DNA from: Catajapyx aquilonaris
Taxonomy: Eukaryota
Assembly (NCBI GenBank): GCA_000934665.2
Contig: JYFJ02001272.1
Span: forward strand, 1-64,000
Direction: 5' to 3'
DNA: 64,000 nt
Part shown: positions 1-13,005 of the stretch, piece after piece
Position numbering within the stretch: position 1 is the first letter of the stretch
Layout of the letters: each line of letters starts with the position of its first letter
The notes under the pieces: generated by a model
Database searches by the model: none
What the model was told of the DNA's origin: nothing
The model's input: only the letters and a program-made list of their open reading frames with translations
Made by a program: the position numbers and the translations under genes

Positions 1-516
1 GACTATACGGTACCGTACCTGCAAAGGCGTCGCCCATTTTTTTTTAAACCCGCGTTTTAATTGTGCGACCGGGTTTTAAAAAAATATTATTAACTTCCGG
101 TTTCTTGGATGGTTCCTTCTTGAAGCCTGCTTCCCCCCATTGGCCTCCCTTCCACTGCTCCCTCCCCCCCCCAGCTGTTTGCCCCGGATGAGAAGCGCTC
201 CGGGCCAAGGTTGCACTTGGGATGTTTTTTTTAAAAAGGGGTGTCCCATGGCCTAGTGGCCCACCCCTCCTGGAGTATAACCTACAGGCTGCCTGGAAGA
301 TGGTGGCGAACCTTGTGATGTCACGGGGAGGAAATTCGTAGGGGATAATAAAGGGTGGGAATCCCTAGCCGGGTCTTTGACCTTGTTCGAATGACGTCAG
401 GTGTCATGGCGACGATGGAATGGTCAGTCTCGCTGCGTTGATTAAAAAATGGCGATTTGGGTGTCTAAAAGCGAGCGATTTTGTGTCAGAAGCGAGCGAT
501 TAGGAGATAATTTGGG

Positions 517-670
517 TGTGGGTTTTCTAATCGGGTCGTTCCCGTTTCCTCCCACAATCCATCACAGCACAGGCAATGATAAAAGTCGGTGAATTAAAAT
601 ATGAATCGCTAAAAGGCTCAAGACGGCTCAAGAGGACCTATATCATGGGTTGTCCATGATTCTTATTAAG
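517..670 (+). mobile_element. 5'-truncated copy of the same SINE
   Basis: Shares GTGGGTTTTCT...TTTCCTCCCAC..AATCCATCACAGCA.AGGCAA and the 3' end with the 20612-20860 element. Confidence 0.65.
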
Positions 671-821
671 TTATTTGGAAATGATTTTCCGTAACACAGA
701 TGAGTTTCCTTCATATTTGACTAGTAGCAGAGACAGTTCTTCGCACGGCCTATTTCCACGGTAGACTAATCAACGAAAAAAAAAAAATCATGTTGGCAAT
801 CATAGCACCATCGATAGGCCG

Positions 822-970
822 GGTTGCACCGACTCCCGGAAAATTTATCCGTCCGAAAAAGAGCCAGGATAGTTTATTATTGATTGTTGACAGAATTGTT
901 GACAACAATCAATACCAAACTATCCTGGCTCTTTTTCGGACGGATAAATTTTTCGGGAGCCGGTACAACC
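822..970. mobile_element. Near-perfect ~150 bp palindromic MITE-like element
   Basis: GGTTGCACCGACTCCCGGAAAATTTATCCGTCCGAAAAAGAGCCAGGATAGTTT... mirrored by ...AAACTATCCTGGCTCTTTTTCGGACGGATAAATTTTTCGGGAGCCGGTACAACC. Confidence 0.75.
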
Positions 971-1368
971 ATAGTGTTGAATGTCATTGTTGTCGTGGTA
1001 ACTTCGTTATTGCCATGGAAACAAACGAACAAACTTTGCATTATACAGTATAGTAGACTATAATGTAGTCATTATCCAAACCGTTCTTTCATGTTGTCAA
1101 AAGTGTGTTAAATTTTGGTTACATATGCATCAACTCGAGGCTAAATTCATATTGCCAATGTATGGAACATTTTCACCTCGGCGGGTTCACCTCCCATTGG
1201 GCAAGGTCACCTGGACAGCAAAATTACTCGCTAAATCTGAAATTCCTGTGTTTATTTTGAAGAAGATAACCTGGTTTTGATAATGACCTACTCATTATGT
1301 AAAATCATACTACGCTATAAAAATTCCTGAACGCAATAAAAGGCCATGGTTGCGGACCTCACAGGCAC

Positions 1369-1509
1369 ATCCAGATATAACAGACTTCAAGGGACAGCGA
1401 AAATCGGTCTGTTATAGCCGAATACACAAACCACTGATATAAAAAAATTGCCGGGACGGCCCTTTCGAGTATGTTATAACCGAGGCTGTTATATCGGGAT
1501 TCAACTGTA
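1369..1509 (+). mobile_element. MITE family A copy (left end eroded)
   Basis: GATATAACAGACTTCAAGGGAC...CTGTTATATCGGGATTCAACTG-TA; similar to the copy at 37145. Confidence 0.8.
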
Positions 1510-3935
1510 CAAGAATATATACTGCTTCTCAGTCGTTAAGAAGAGATGCCCATACAGCCATACCATCCAGATATGTCCAGAGCGTCAGATCATCGCGCAA
1601 ATGGGAATGTGGAATTGACTGGTGCTTCCCCCTCCCCCCTCCCCAAAACAAAATTGGCGTCATCCTGCAATCCCAACCTGTAGCATTGACCTCTATTGAT
1701 AGGTCACTGGCAGCGTGTTGGCGCCTGATGTCGTATATCTCCTCGTAACATCTTGGCCTGGTTGCATATTCACCAGGAAGCCGAAGGCCCCAGCTGAAGA
1801 ATCTCCATGTGTCAAGTGTTACCGTCTGGGGCATTCAAGGGCGAGGGCAAAACTCGCCCCTGACTTTCGAATCTTATGAGGCCTGCGTGTGTGTGTACGT
1901 GTACGCGTGTTTATATATACTCGCGCGTGTGCGCTCCTTTTTTTTTCCTCCCATCATCTTCTTTGCAGCAAATCTGGCAAGCTTATGGAGAGTGACACAT
2001 GTTTATTTCTTTTGAGGGGAAGAAGACTGGCCAGGAATAGTCCAGAGAGGATTTCAGACGGAAGAATGACATGAACTCGGTCAGAAATAAGCATTTTTTG
2101 TGCGACACCCCCCACACATACACTCATTCCCTTCCACCCCCTACATCCCCCATTGCTTTATTTACCATAAATTCAGTGCAGTTTGTTCACCTTGGCGATG
2201 TGGACAACAAACTATGCCCACCTGTGAAGCTTCACACCTTGGCTCGACCGGGACATTACACACAACGTCAGTCTAACATGTGAATAATTAAGAAATTTGT
2301 GTGCGGTCCTTCTGTTCAGTCAACTAGGCGCCTCCAGTTACTCCGAATGTTATGTTGCTTAATTTTGAATAAATTATAGGGGATAGGTAGAGGGCCTAAA
2401 TAGGCTATATTACCCTAACCTTACAAGTCTAACAAGTGAAAAATACCATTACTTCACACTGCACCAGTCTGTGAACTGTTGGGACAGCCTTGCTGATACC
2501 ACGGTCCGAATCAGCAATGGAATGACTCGAAATATGAGCGTTTTAAACTTGAAGATAATATTAGCCCACACTGTGTAAGTATTAGCCTACTCAAAACATT
2601 TCTGCCGGACCATCAGAAAATGTCCCATCAGAGGGAAAGATGGGAATCGCCACGCCACGCAATGCCTAAAATATCTCGCCAAAAATGACTGATCTGCAGG
2701 GATTCATAATATTTATGAATGGAAGCCTCGATTTGCCGAGATATCAGAGCATATTTATATGGGTCGAAATTACTTCATTGTGTAATAGCCTACACAATCT
2801 GTTGATCAATTATTGCTAGAGAAATAATTATAGTGTCCGAGAAAAATGTTAGTAAATAACATTATCCCAATCTTCAAACTCTGATATATGGCAAAATGGT
2901 TCAAGTGTGGCTCGATCTGATCCTTCTGTCATATATTCGCATGAATCACTCGTGACATTGACATAGTCTACTTAGCTTACAACTTATCGAAATTCTCTGA
3001 ACTCGCTTTTTTTTACAATGTTGCTAAATTTACAGCTATGTCCTAAAAACAGATTTTATATACTAGCCTCCATTGAAAAACTCATGCTTAAACAGTACAT
3101 TGAACTCTCGCAAGCATGTAACCTTATTCGCATCAAGCGCGCCAAAGTTAGCCATACACACCCGCATATGTGAAACTCCTGTTTACATATTCGCATTACG
3201 TAACGAAACACGAGACTCGAAGTCGCGAAAAGCCGGTGCACGTGCAGCCCGCACATGGCGCTGCCCAGAAAAAAATGGGTGGGAGGTGGGGGATATGGAC
3301 CACCTTCCACCCAAAAAATAGGGGTAGTTTGGCCGCCACTTTTTCTCATAAGTTCGCGCCGGGCCGAAAAGGTCCGACGGCCATGACGGGAGGGCCATAT
3401 TCCTCCTAACCTCACCCCCCACTTCCAAACCCTCCCACAAAAAAGCCCCCATTGCCACCCCACCCATCCCTCTTGTTCCTCCCGACCCCCCCCCTTTCTC
3501 TGAAAAAAAAAAGGACACCCCCGCCTCCCCATCCACCTCACAACCTGCCTCAGTGTACGAACCCATGGTCCCGAGTCAGCCATCGTTCATTCATCAGGGG
3601 TCATTGGCGTAGCCAGAATATTTATGAACCTGTCAAACTGCATATATCGCACTAACTTGTCACTTGTGTCACACAGTGTACAGATTTGACTTTGTACGTG
3701 GTTGTATGGCATTTTGATTTTAATTTATTCTGTAAAAATTGGCCGGGCACTATTTGGAACAAACCGGGCACGAACTGTTCAGACGGGAACTGTGTGTCCA
3801 TGTCGTTCCGTACCACATCGTACTGTAGACCTACAATGTACTCCGCCTTAAAAGAGCTGTTTAATTATTTGTTGCATTGTTGATATTCTCATTATTGTTG
3901 CCAATTATAATGTCACTATGTCAGTATACTGTTAC

Positions 3936-4038
3936 TACAGTAGACTCCGCCTATACATCAGACTTGAAGGGACAGCGGAACAGTCTGCTATAAGCGAGGT
4001 CTGTTTAGACGAGGCTGTTATATCCGGAGTCACTTGTA
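3936..4038 (+). mobile_element. MITE family A copy (diverged, internally deleted)
   Basis: TA-CAGTAGACTCCG...CAGACTTGAAGGGACAGCGG...GAGGCTGTTATATCCGGAGTCACTTG-TA. Confidence 0.7.
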
Positions 4039-4812
4039 CAAGATTGGATTGAATGCAATGTACTCAGCCTATTGGCACCCTTTCTGGTCGCCAGAGTACG
4101 CCAATAAATCAATCTATGAGCTCAGTAGCTGCAATGACGGCTAGTTTGGACCAGGTGACCATGATGTTCTAACAGTCAATTCAAAATTATGGTCCGATCG
4201 TGTGTCAATGTGGCGTGTCACATATCAAGATGGGAAAAGAGGCGTGAAATTGATTTGAGCGACTTCAAAAAGTGGCGAAATATGCCCAACATATTGTCAC
4301 ATGCGAGTTCATTCATACGCTCCACAAGCCCCTAAAATGGACTCCCACACCCACCACCCTCGTACGCTTACTCCCCCGCACCGTCAATCCTCCTTCCCAC
4401 TCTCTCTCTCTCTCCAACTCACCCCCGTCGTGTCCCCCCCCCCCCTTCCCTAGCCCCCCCAAAAACTCTTGAAAAGCATTGATCCGGAGGCTGCAGATGG
4501 AAAAGGAGTGTCTCGCACGCCATCTTTGAAAGCACTCCGTCACGTCGTCAGGAAATGACGTCGACTCTCACGTCGACAGGTCGCCCCTGACGGCTCTCGT
4601 TGGAACCCCCCCTTTTTACTCGGATTCCCCATTCAAGATTGTGGAATGCTCCGATATATATATAAAAAAATCTTACTATACGAGACAGTAGAGACGCGCT
4701 CGAGACGCGATCATGAGGATTTCCTTTTTAAAAACCATATTGTTAGGAGCTTCTCTGGAAAAGTGGTTGTGTGAATTGAGGGGTTAGTCACTTATAGTTC
4801 GTATACATCGAG

Positions 4813-4919
4813 CTGAAGTCCGGTTGAAGTCCAAGTGAAGTCCGGCCGAAGTCCATGAAGTCCGGTCAAAGTTCTTGAAATCCTGTCGAAGTCCGTGAAG
4901 TCCGGTTGTTGGAAGTCCA
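4813..4919 (+). repeat. Degenerate minisatellite of GAAGTCC (8 exact + 2 degenerate copies)
   Basis: Direct reading; mostly 9-11 bp spacing. Confidence 0.85.
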
Positions 4920-5199
4920 TCGTACACTATATACTCAAAGTGACTAACCCCTCGGTGTAAATACATTACTTGTGTGAGCCATGGCGCCTGGAGTTCCCTG
5001 TACAGTACAAGGTGTCATATGACTCCATGTCTTCGTGAGGCCGGGAAAAAAAAATAATCGAGAAGGTTGCCAGAGGTGGGAGTGCTGAAGTGGAAGGTAT
5101 AGGGGGGTGGATGTATTTGCACGCCAAAATAAGCATGCATTATTCCATCCCCCACCCTATGGTCCGTGACAAGCCAAGTCACGAGTACATAAGGTTTGA

Positions 5200-5914
5200 G
5201 CAGCTGTGCCAACACTTCCTGGAAACCAGGATTTTCGGGGTCTGAGGGTACCAACCCAACATATTGCATGCAACCTCCCGGAGGGGGTGGTGCAAGCCTG
5301 AGGGGTTGCAGGGGGGTGTGGTTGAAGTTGGGGGAGGGGCGGGGGTGTACGACACACCGACGGTCGATACGTCGTCGGTGGGGGTGTGCATACCGAGCGC
5401 AGGCGCCACGTCTAAGTATACTGCGTCCAAACCTGTCTGGCACCAGTCCAGGCCGCGACGTGACGATTTATTCTACCTGGATACCTTGCCGGTGACGTCA
5501 TCCGGTGACCATTGATTTCGCGAGGGGTTAACCATCGAATAAATTGCAAATGGCGGTCCGGATACGGGATTAACAAGACGACCAGAAGTGTCCCCCCCTC
5601 TCCGTCAACCACACCACCCATCAGTCCCCGCAGACCAGTTGCTTTTGGCGTCGGCGCCATGCTGACCTCCGTCGCCACCTAGGCTTCTCCCACCTGTCGC
5701 CGTCGACGCCGGTGATGTGCTGAGACTTGGGGGTCACCCAACCCCGTGGGGGCAGACCAACACACTGGGGGGTGGGGGGTCACACGATTCAAACCCCCCC
5801 GCCCGCTCCGCTCACGACACCATGGTCCGCTGAGGTGGTCCCACATCCCCAAGAGGTCATCCAAAGAGAGGAGAGAGAGGCGATTGAGGAGTGTGACCTG
5901 CCTGGGTGCCATGC
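5200..5914 (+). promoter_or_regulatory. GC-rich putative promoter / 5' UTR of Ca-beta exon 1
   Basis: High GC/CpG, CRE at 5493, no long ORF, directly precedes candidate exon 1. Confidence 0.4.
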
Positions 5915-5995
5915 ATGAGGGAGTATGAGGCAGCCATGTCTCGACCCTCCCGCGAGGCTCTGGAGATCGAGGAGCCGGCCCTCTCCAGTTCGCAG
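5915..5995 (+). CDS. CACNB: Ca-beta candidate exon 1 (MREYEAAMSRPSREALEIEEPALSSSQ); alternative in-frame ATG at 5936
   Basis: ATG-initiated 27 codons ending CAG|GTATGG in phase 0, compatible with exon 13006. Preceded by a GC/CpG-rich region. Loosely resembles vertebrate beta1 exon 1 in length and composition. Confidence 0.6.
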
Positions 5996-6194
5996 GTATG
6001 GTTTGGTCGGGGCACTCACCTGTTTCCAGTCTCCCGAGAGAGCGACCCAACTATGCCCCTTGCGAGTATATCGCCTGCCTTGCAAGGCCCTCTCCAGTTC
6101 GCAGGTATGGTTTGGTCGGGGCACTCACCTGTTTCCAGTCTCCCGAGAGAGCGACCCAACTATGCCCCTTGCGAGTATATCGCCTGCCTTGCAA
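5977..6194 (+). repeat. Perfect tandem duplication, 2 x 109 bp, spanning the exon-1 splice donor
   Basis: 5977-6085 is identical by eye to 6086-6194. Confidence 0.95.
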
Positions 6195-7470
6195 GAGAGC
6201 CTTAATGGTTGCATACCCTGTTAGGATAAAGGCTGTTGCCACACAAATGTTTCCTCAGGGTGCTTTATAATGATTCGAATTAATGTGCAGTAAACCAGAG
6301 GATCATTTTACACACTAGGCCTACAGAATGATTATTTGGCCGAGATAAATACAAGACCACATGACACATTCTTATAAGTGATCTTATGGTGACCCGCAGT
6401 TCGCCTTAGAAGTATATGTCTGAATCATTATGACACACCCAATAAGAAGGTAGTGTATGTTTTCACGAATGCGCTGAACCAAAATGGGATGTTTTCCTAT
6501 ATACACACGTTCAACGTGTTTTATGTGTCTCAAGAGAAAGGAGGTATTTTCTAGAGCAGAGGAACCCTAAGTAGAGCAAAGATGCCGGGATATTCACTGT
6601 CTCGGAAGGAAGAAAAGGCGCCTGAGATGAAGGGAGAGAAAACGCATTCGTGAGAACATTGCTTTAGGCGCATTTTGAGTGTAACTTAAAGAGCATATCA
6701 ACTAATTCTTAACTGCCCAGGTATATTGATAATCTAAGAGTGATCCTCGTCTTTTACGAGCAGCCTACACATCTAATGTCTAGCATTATCAATGAATATT
6801 AAAACGTCGGCAGTTCAGTATAGGACCAGTAATGGAATTGGGCGCTGAAGTCATTAGCATTTAATTGTTACTTTCATTGAGGCTTACAATGTTACATTGT
6901 GACCTCAGTACACAGGTTCCGAGCCCGCTATAATTCGTACAAATACAGCTGGCATATCATTATTCGTGTGAGTCGTTACGAAGCTATTACAACGATTAAT
7001 AAGTGTATTCAGAGCCACTTTCAAGTGGTCCAACTTGAAGGATGACTAATAATTACACATGAACCAGTTCCAGTGAAAGTTATTACAAGACATTCATGCA
7101 ATCTGGGCCTGCTCGGATTTTATTGGCCTGCACGAACTATCTGATTTACATATTTTAGCATGATTAATTAAATTAGAGTATTAATTCACCATCTGGACTG
7201 GTCAAAGTGGCATAATTTGTGCTCATTAAGATATGTTCATTAATATGTAGCATTACCATCATCTAACATGAATCCCACCTGGATATGTTCTTCCTTGTAG
7301 ATTGTACTATACAATGTATCCTTTCAATTATCTTTCAATTACGATTTCGTCAAACGCATTCATTGTCTGGAACACAACGTCAGCAATGACTGTGTACTGT
7401 ACAGTATAACACCTGCTAATACTTGTAATAAAACACTTGCAAATGGACAGCAAATCCGTAATAATAAGAA

Positions 7471-7635
7471 TACAGTTGAATTGAGGATATAACAGCCTCG
7501 GCTATAACAGACTATCGGTTATAACATACTCGAAATGCCGGTCCCGGCATACTTCCACATATGGCTTATGTGTTTGGCTAGAACAGACCCATTTTCCGAG
7601 GTCCCTTGAAGTATGTTATATCCGGGTTCAATGTA
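7471..7635 (-). mobile_element. MITE family A copy
   Basis: TIR CAGTTGAA..GGATATAACAG / TGTTATATCCGGGTTCAATG, flanked by TA. Confidence 0.8.
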
Positions 7636-7645
7636 ATAATACAGA

Positions 7646-7646
<1 letters not shown>

Positions 7647-7713
<67 letters not shown>
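7647..7713. repeat. (AAT)n microsatellite
   Basis: Direct reading. Confidence 0.95.
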
Positions 7714-7715
<2 letters not shown>

Positions 7716-8162
7716 CAGCCATGTTTTTGGTAGGCTATTATCAAACATCGCATCTGTTTGCAGTTCCACAATGTTTAGGGACTGCAACCAATAAATTGAC
7801 GTTTTAAATAAAATACTGTACCCTGCAGGCACATCATTCTGTAAAGAGATACAGTACCTTGCAGTAAATTGAACTTTTACTTTTCACACTCTACCGCAAT
7901 GGGCCAAATGAAATAATCAAGCTTTTTTTATCGCACGTTATAGACCACCTAAAACATCTCGCATCAAAGGTCAGACCCTGCGCTGTAATTAAACTTTCAA
8001 ACGAAGCTTTGTATTCTTGGAAATCTGCATTAGGACCTGCGTCATTCATAACGCTCAAATATTAAATCTCCACCTGTTTATTAACGTGTGAAAATAAGGC
8101 AAAGTTTAACAAAGCTATTATTTTTCAATTGTCTAATAATGTAATCAAAATAGTCGCTGTGA

Positions 8163-8217
<55 letters not shown>
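8163..8217. repeat. (ATT)n microsatellite
   Basis: Direct reading. Confidence 0.95.
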
Positions 8218-8218
<1 letters not shown>

Positions 8219-8379
8219 AGTTTAATCCGGATATAACAGCCTCGGCTATAGCAGATTTTCGGCTATAACAGACTCGAAAGGCCGGTCCCTGCTTACTGCA
8301 ATATATGGTTTGTGTATTCGGCTATTACAGACTGATGTCCGCGGTCCTTTCAAGTCTGTTATATCCGGATTCAACTGTA
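8216..8379 (-). mobile_element. MITE family A copy (Tc1/mariner-pogo type termini, TA target site)
   Basis: TA-CAGTTTAATCCGGATATAACAG...CTGTTATATCCGGATTCAACTG-TA. Confidence 0.85.
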
Positions 8380-11300
8380 TTATTATTGCTTCCGTTTGTG
8401 AAGTATTCTAAAGTGATCATTTCACAGTTTACACAAAAGTTATTTGATCCCTCACGATGTATCATTTTTGAACGAACAGCATGCCAGGCAAATGAACGCA
8501 AATATGCAATAAGTGTATTTCAGGTTTTCTAAGGTTCTTGGAAAGTTCTAGGTCTAATTACCTCAACAACAACAACAAAAAAATGAAGCTGACTGTATTA
8601 ATTAAAAAGGCCAGTTCTTTCTGCCGTTGAACGTCTGAGCATGACTAATTGTCCTTTTTGGCACGTTCAACATTTTCACCCATCCCAAACCTAACCTGCT
8701 ACCCACCCACCCACACAAAAAGGGGGTGGGGGGACATAACTTCCTTAAAGTAAGGAACCAGACTCTCTTGTGATCGATAACGTAACTTCCATGACGTCAT
8801 CCTCATGTCAGAAGAGGGTAACTTCACATAGGGCGTGGTGCAGCTCATATTATATGATGTGAAGACGGAGGGTGTGGGGAGGGGTCAATTTTCCCACTTT
8901 TTCTGTCCTCCTTTTTTTGTGCGTATCTGGCTTTGGGAGGGTGAGTTTTATGAGGAAAGAAGGGGGGAGATGCGATGGTTTGCGCGTCACTTGGAGCAAA
9001 GAAGCGTCTTTTGATGAGGGTACTGGGGGAGGGATGGAGAGAAGTCATCTCTCCTCCGCCCCCCCCCCTCCCCCCATCCCACCGAACATCCCGAGCTCGA
9101 CAAGCAACAGGTCTGCAGCCATCTTTTTCAGAGACAGCTAGGGAGGAGAAAAAAATGACACCTCCCAGCAAAAATCAAGCTGCCAACCATGAATGCTCAA
9201 CATGGCAATACTGAATATTTCTCGTGAAGGTCATCCTGTATGGGGAGGTTTGAACCACGGTTTGAACAGGAGAAGAAAGAAAAAAAGAGGAGGGAGGGAA
9301 GCTTAGAGTGGAATTTGGGGAGGGTCATGTTGGTCACCGAGGGTAAAAAGGAATTGAGGGGTGCGAAGGAGCAGGTTCTGAGACGCCCTTTTTTCACCCC
9401 CTCCTCCTCCTCCTCTCCCTTTTTGCTGGAAGGGGTTCACTTCTTCAAGACGCTGACCTGGGGAGGGTGGATTGCTTTGTCTCCCTCCCACCTTCACCCT
9501 CCCACCCACCCAGGGGGGGCGGTAAAAAAAATTGTTGGGTGCGGATTGCGTCCCACCACTTTGGACCTTCCCCCCTCTTTGCCTTTCCAAACACATCAAG
9601 CCAACTGGGCTTATCCGAAAGTCATCTTCCAAGTGGCGGCGGTTGAAGGGTGGGTGGGATGAGGAGGGCTTGCTTGAAGGGAAGCCTCTTTGTTAGAGTT
9701 GCTCTGCACGGGAAATAGATTGGGGACAACCATCTGGATTTTCCCTCACACAATGTACTTTGGGCTCGAAAAACAACTGATTGCGCAAAATCCGCCAACA
9801 TCAACAATCAGTATAGTGCAGCTCAACTCCAAAGGTGTCACAGAAGCGCTACGTACTGGTTCATTGATGGTGACTGATGTGACATGCCAAAGCTGGCCGT
9901 TCCGTCCCGTGCCAATTCGTTCCCGTTAGCAATGTCCGCAGGAAGTCCAATTTCCAAGAAAAGCTTTCTCCGAAAAATGCAGCCGGAAAAGGCATATGGT
10001 AAATGTTCCCTCTCTGGTCCCCCTCTTTCTCTGTTGCTTCTCCCCTCCCTCGGTGGTATAGTGACCTCGACCATCTGCCTGAATATCCCATTGAAGCTGG
10101 TACAGCCTGTAAAGGTCGTTTTGTGACCGACTGAGATTGTGGTCTCCCGGGAGGGCCAGCCATAATTATTTCCCGCGCCCGCCACAATGGCCACATTAGG
10201 ACAAATCATTCGTGGAAGCTGCAATCGGAAGCTGGAGATGTCATACCTTTCCTGGTTTGGATATATTTTTTAAAAAAAGTATTCTGCATCCCTGCAGAGC
10301 CCTGCCCTTTTGCCAGAGAAACTTGCCACCTCCCTACCCCCTGACTGCAACCCCTCTTTCGCCCTACACCATCACATCGATTTTTGCGCCGTTGGAATAG
10401 GCTTGCTTTTAGGCTGGACTTTGCTCCAAACCTGCGCCAACTTCCATTACAACATGGACGGTTCCTTTTTCCAGGTGCACACAAAGGTGGGGACCGCGAT
10501 TAGGGCAGTTAACAGACTATCAGGGAGCCGTGGAAACGCTTGTTATTGGCTCGGGGATCCGTAGGCCAGGGAAACGTGGGACAGGATGTGAACCTGTAGA
10601 TTGTCACCACCTGTCTCTGGTAATAAAAAACAAAAAACTGGAGGCTAGATACTATCAGCTCCTTTTTTTTCCTCCGTTCGAAAGGGAGATCGACGTGTGC
10701 ACGACACAATCAGGAAAGGGTTAGCTAGTGATTCATTCTAACTGAAATAGATTTCAGTATACGTACAAGAAATAAAGCGGATGTTGCCGCAGCTACATAC
10801 GCACGTTAATTTTAGCCTAACATCTCTCTAAGATATGCAGGGTGGTGCACTGTCCAACTCAAGACGGATCCGACCTCCATAACTTCTCACCGCTGCGCTG
10901 TGTCAACTGAGGCAGTGGATCCGCCTGTGGAATTAATTTCATCGGAATTGACGAAAAAGACCTGATCATACTTATGTGATGTTTTAATTTCAACCCAAAC
11001 TGTTCTGCACAAGTACGTGTAATATCCCTCTACCAGCGTATACATATCTCCTTCCATTCATTCCTTCGTATTACCCGCAGGATTCCCAGAGTAATGATTC
11101 CCTTTGGACAGGACTCATCATGAATCTGTGATTTAAATGCCCTCATTTATTCCGGCTGCTGGTTAATTATGGACCACCTCGTGACCTGTGCAAATGTGAT
11201 TCCGCCTGAGGGGAATGCATTAGTACGGCTGTGCTGCAATAAGCGTGTTTTTGAGGCCGGCACAAGCCTGGGCGGGCCTGCTGGGGTCATCCTGTTTGTC

Positions 11301-13005
11301 CGCAACCAACACCGCACGTTTCCTCCCCACACACAGCGAGCATGCTCATCAAGTGCGTGCCGTGAGTTGATAATCATAATTACCCCGCAGTTAGACTCAT
11401 TGCTTAAGGAGAGAGGTTGGAACCCCCAGTCAGATAGTGTATTATCTTTGGTGTCGGGAAGCTGGCTTCCTTTCTTTGCATTGTGTGTGCGTAAACTTAC
11501 GCACTGCCTGCCTCCCAGTGGGGTCACTCACGCACTGTGGGTGACTCACGAGCATCTAAGTATAGAGTGACGGTGGGCGTCTTGAGATTGCTTGTTTACG
11601 TGATCGCGCCTTGTGCTGCAATGATTGTTAATGATCAGCGTGCTTATTGGGGAGTCCATGCAGTCCCGCAGTCCCTTATTTTTTCATGTACTGTACACCT
11701 GCTGTTGTATTCAATCTCTCTGAATTCTGTCCCAGCTTCCTTGGTATATACATCTGACTCCAGCCCGGGCATCTCACACATATGGGCACGCACAAAATAC
11801 GCACCGTACGCTGTGCGAAAAACATGTGGCCCGCGCATAGTTTGGATTAGTGCCGAAAATCCTCGCACGTAAAAGGCCAGCTACCGAACGTTTCCTGTTC
11901 GTGTCTGCCACTTTGGATATAATCCCCCCCCCCCACCAAAAAGAATGCCAAAGGGTTATGTGTGAGGTTGGAGGGTAGCACAGTTCGTCGATACAATTGG
12001 CAGGAAGTTTGACACTCCCAGACTCGGCACAATAGAAATCCAACCGTTTATTTTTAAAACTCTTATTTTTGGCCTATCACGCATGCCATCTATTCACGCC
12101 CGGTCCTAATGCTGATATGATGTGGAGATCGGAGAACCTAACCCTGGTTTTTTGAGGGGACCTCCCACCCACCCACCCATTTTCCTACCTCCAACCACCC
12201 ACCCACCTCCCAAAAAATTCGAGGTTGCTCGGGTTACATCGGGGGTTACACCCACAGGCTTTCACGCCTCGTCAGTGACGCAACCCATCACAAAACAGCC
12301 TCATTACTCAGGGTTTTACAGTAGTTACCAATATTAGCCTAAACCGGTAACTGCCTAGATCGGCTTTTAATCCGGTCTACACTCCCCCATGATCACTACA
12401 CTGTGTAAATACGCTTAGTTTACGGAAGCATAGCCTCCGAAAATTGAGGCAAACATTCCGATAAAGCTAGCACAAAATATGTTCAATATTAATATGAAAA
12501 TACATTGCCGCGGTTACATGTGAAACCTGTCTGTAGCGCAGAATTAAATTTTGCGCATATACTGACAGGTTTGTGACATGCTTCGAAACCAATACAGTTT
12601 ATCGCAATAATTATTTTTTTTTAAATCTTCTGGATAAATAAATGTATACAATGGAAAGCCAGCAGTTTCAATAGTGCTGGGTGGGCCGGATTACATTCCA
12701 AGTAACGGATTGTTTAAAAGCACCTTATAATTTTGTGGCTACCCCTGCAGTGCTCGGCGCATGACAAACTTCTTCTGCACGTAAGGCGGGGGCCTGCTAT
12801 TTTGTTTTGGTCTGTTTTTTGGCTGCCGCTTTGGCCTCCACCACCTCCACCCCCTTTGCCAACAAAGTATGATGCACAAAAAGCCCCCCCTCTGTCCCCC
12901 CCATTTTTGTTGGTCACACGCGTCGAGTGATCTTTCACCATGCATACTTTGCAATTTACCCCGCCCTGCTGGTGACCTCCCGCTTTTTTTTCCTTCCCTG
13001 CACAG

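Noticed and set aside
5196..5918. Possible long frameshifted coding exon upstream of Ca-beta exon 1
   Set aside because: Interrupted by stops and no recognisable homology; better explained as GC-rich 5' UTR/promoter
5977..6194. Direct repeats or the GAAGTCC array read as CRISPR-like
   Set aside because: No unique spacers of constant length, no cas genes, eukaryotic intron-exon context
7519..7832. Poly-Leu / poly-Tyr ORFs (also poly-Asn/Leu at 42248-42526 and SLSL ORFs)
   Set aside because: Translations of (AAT)n and (GA)n microsatellites
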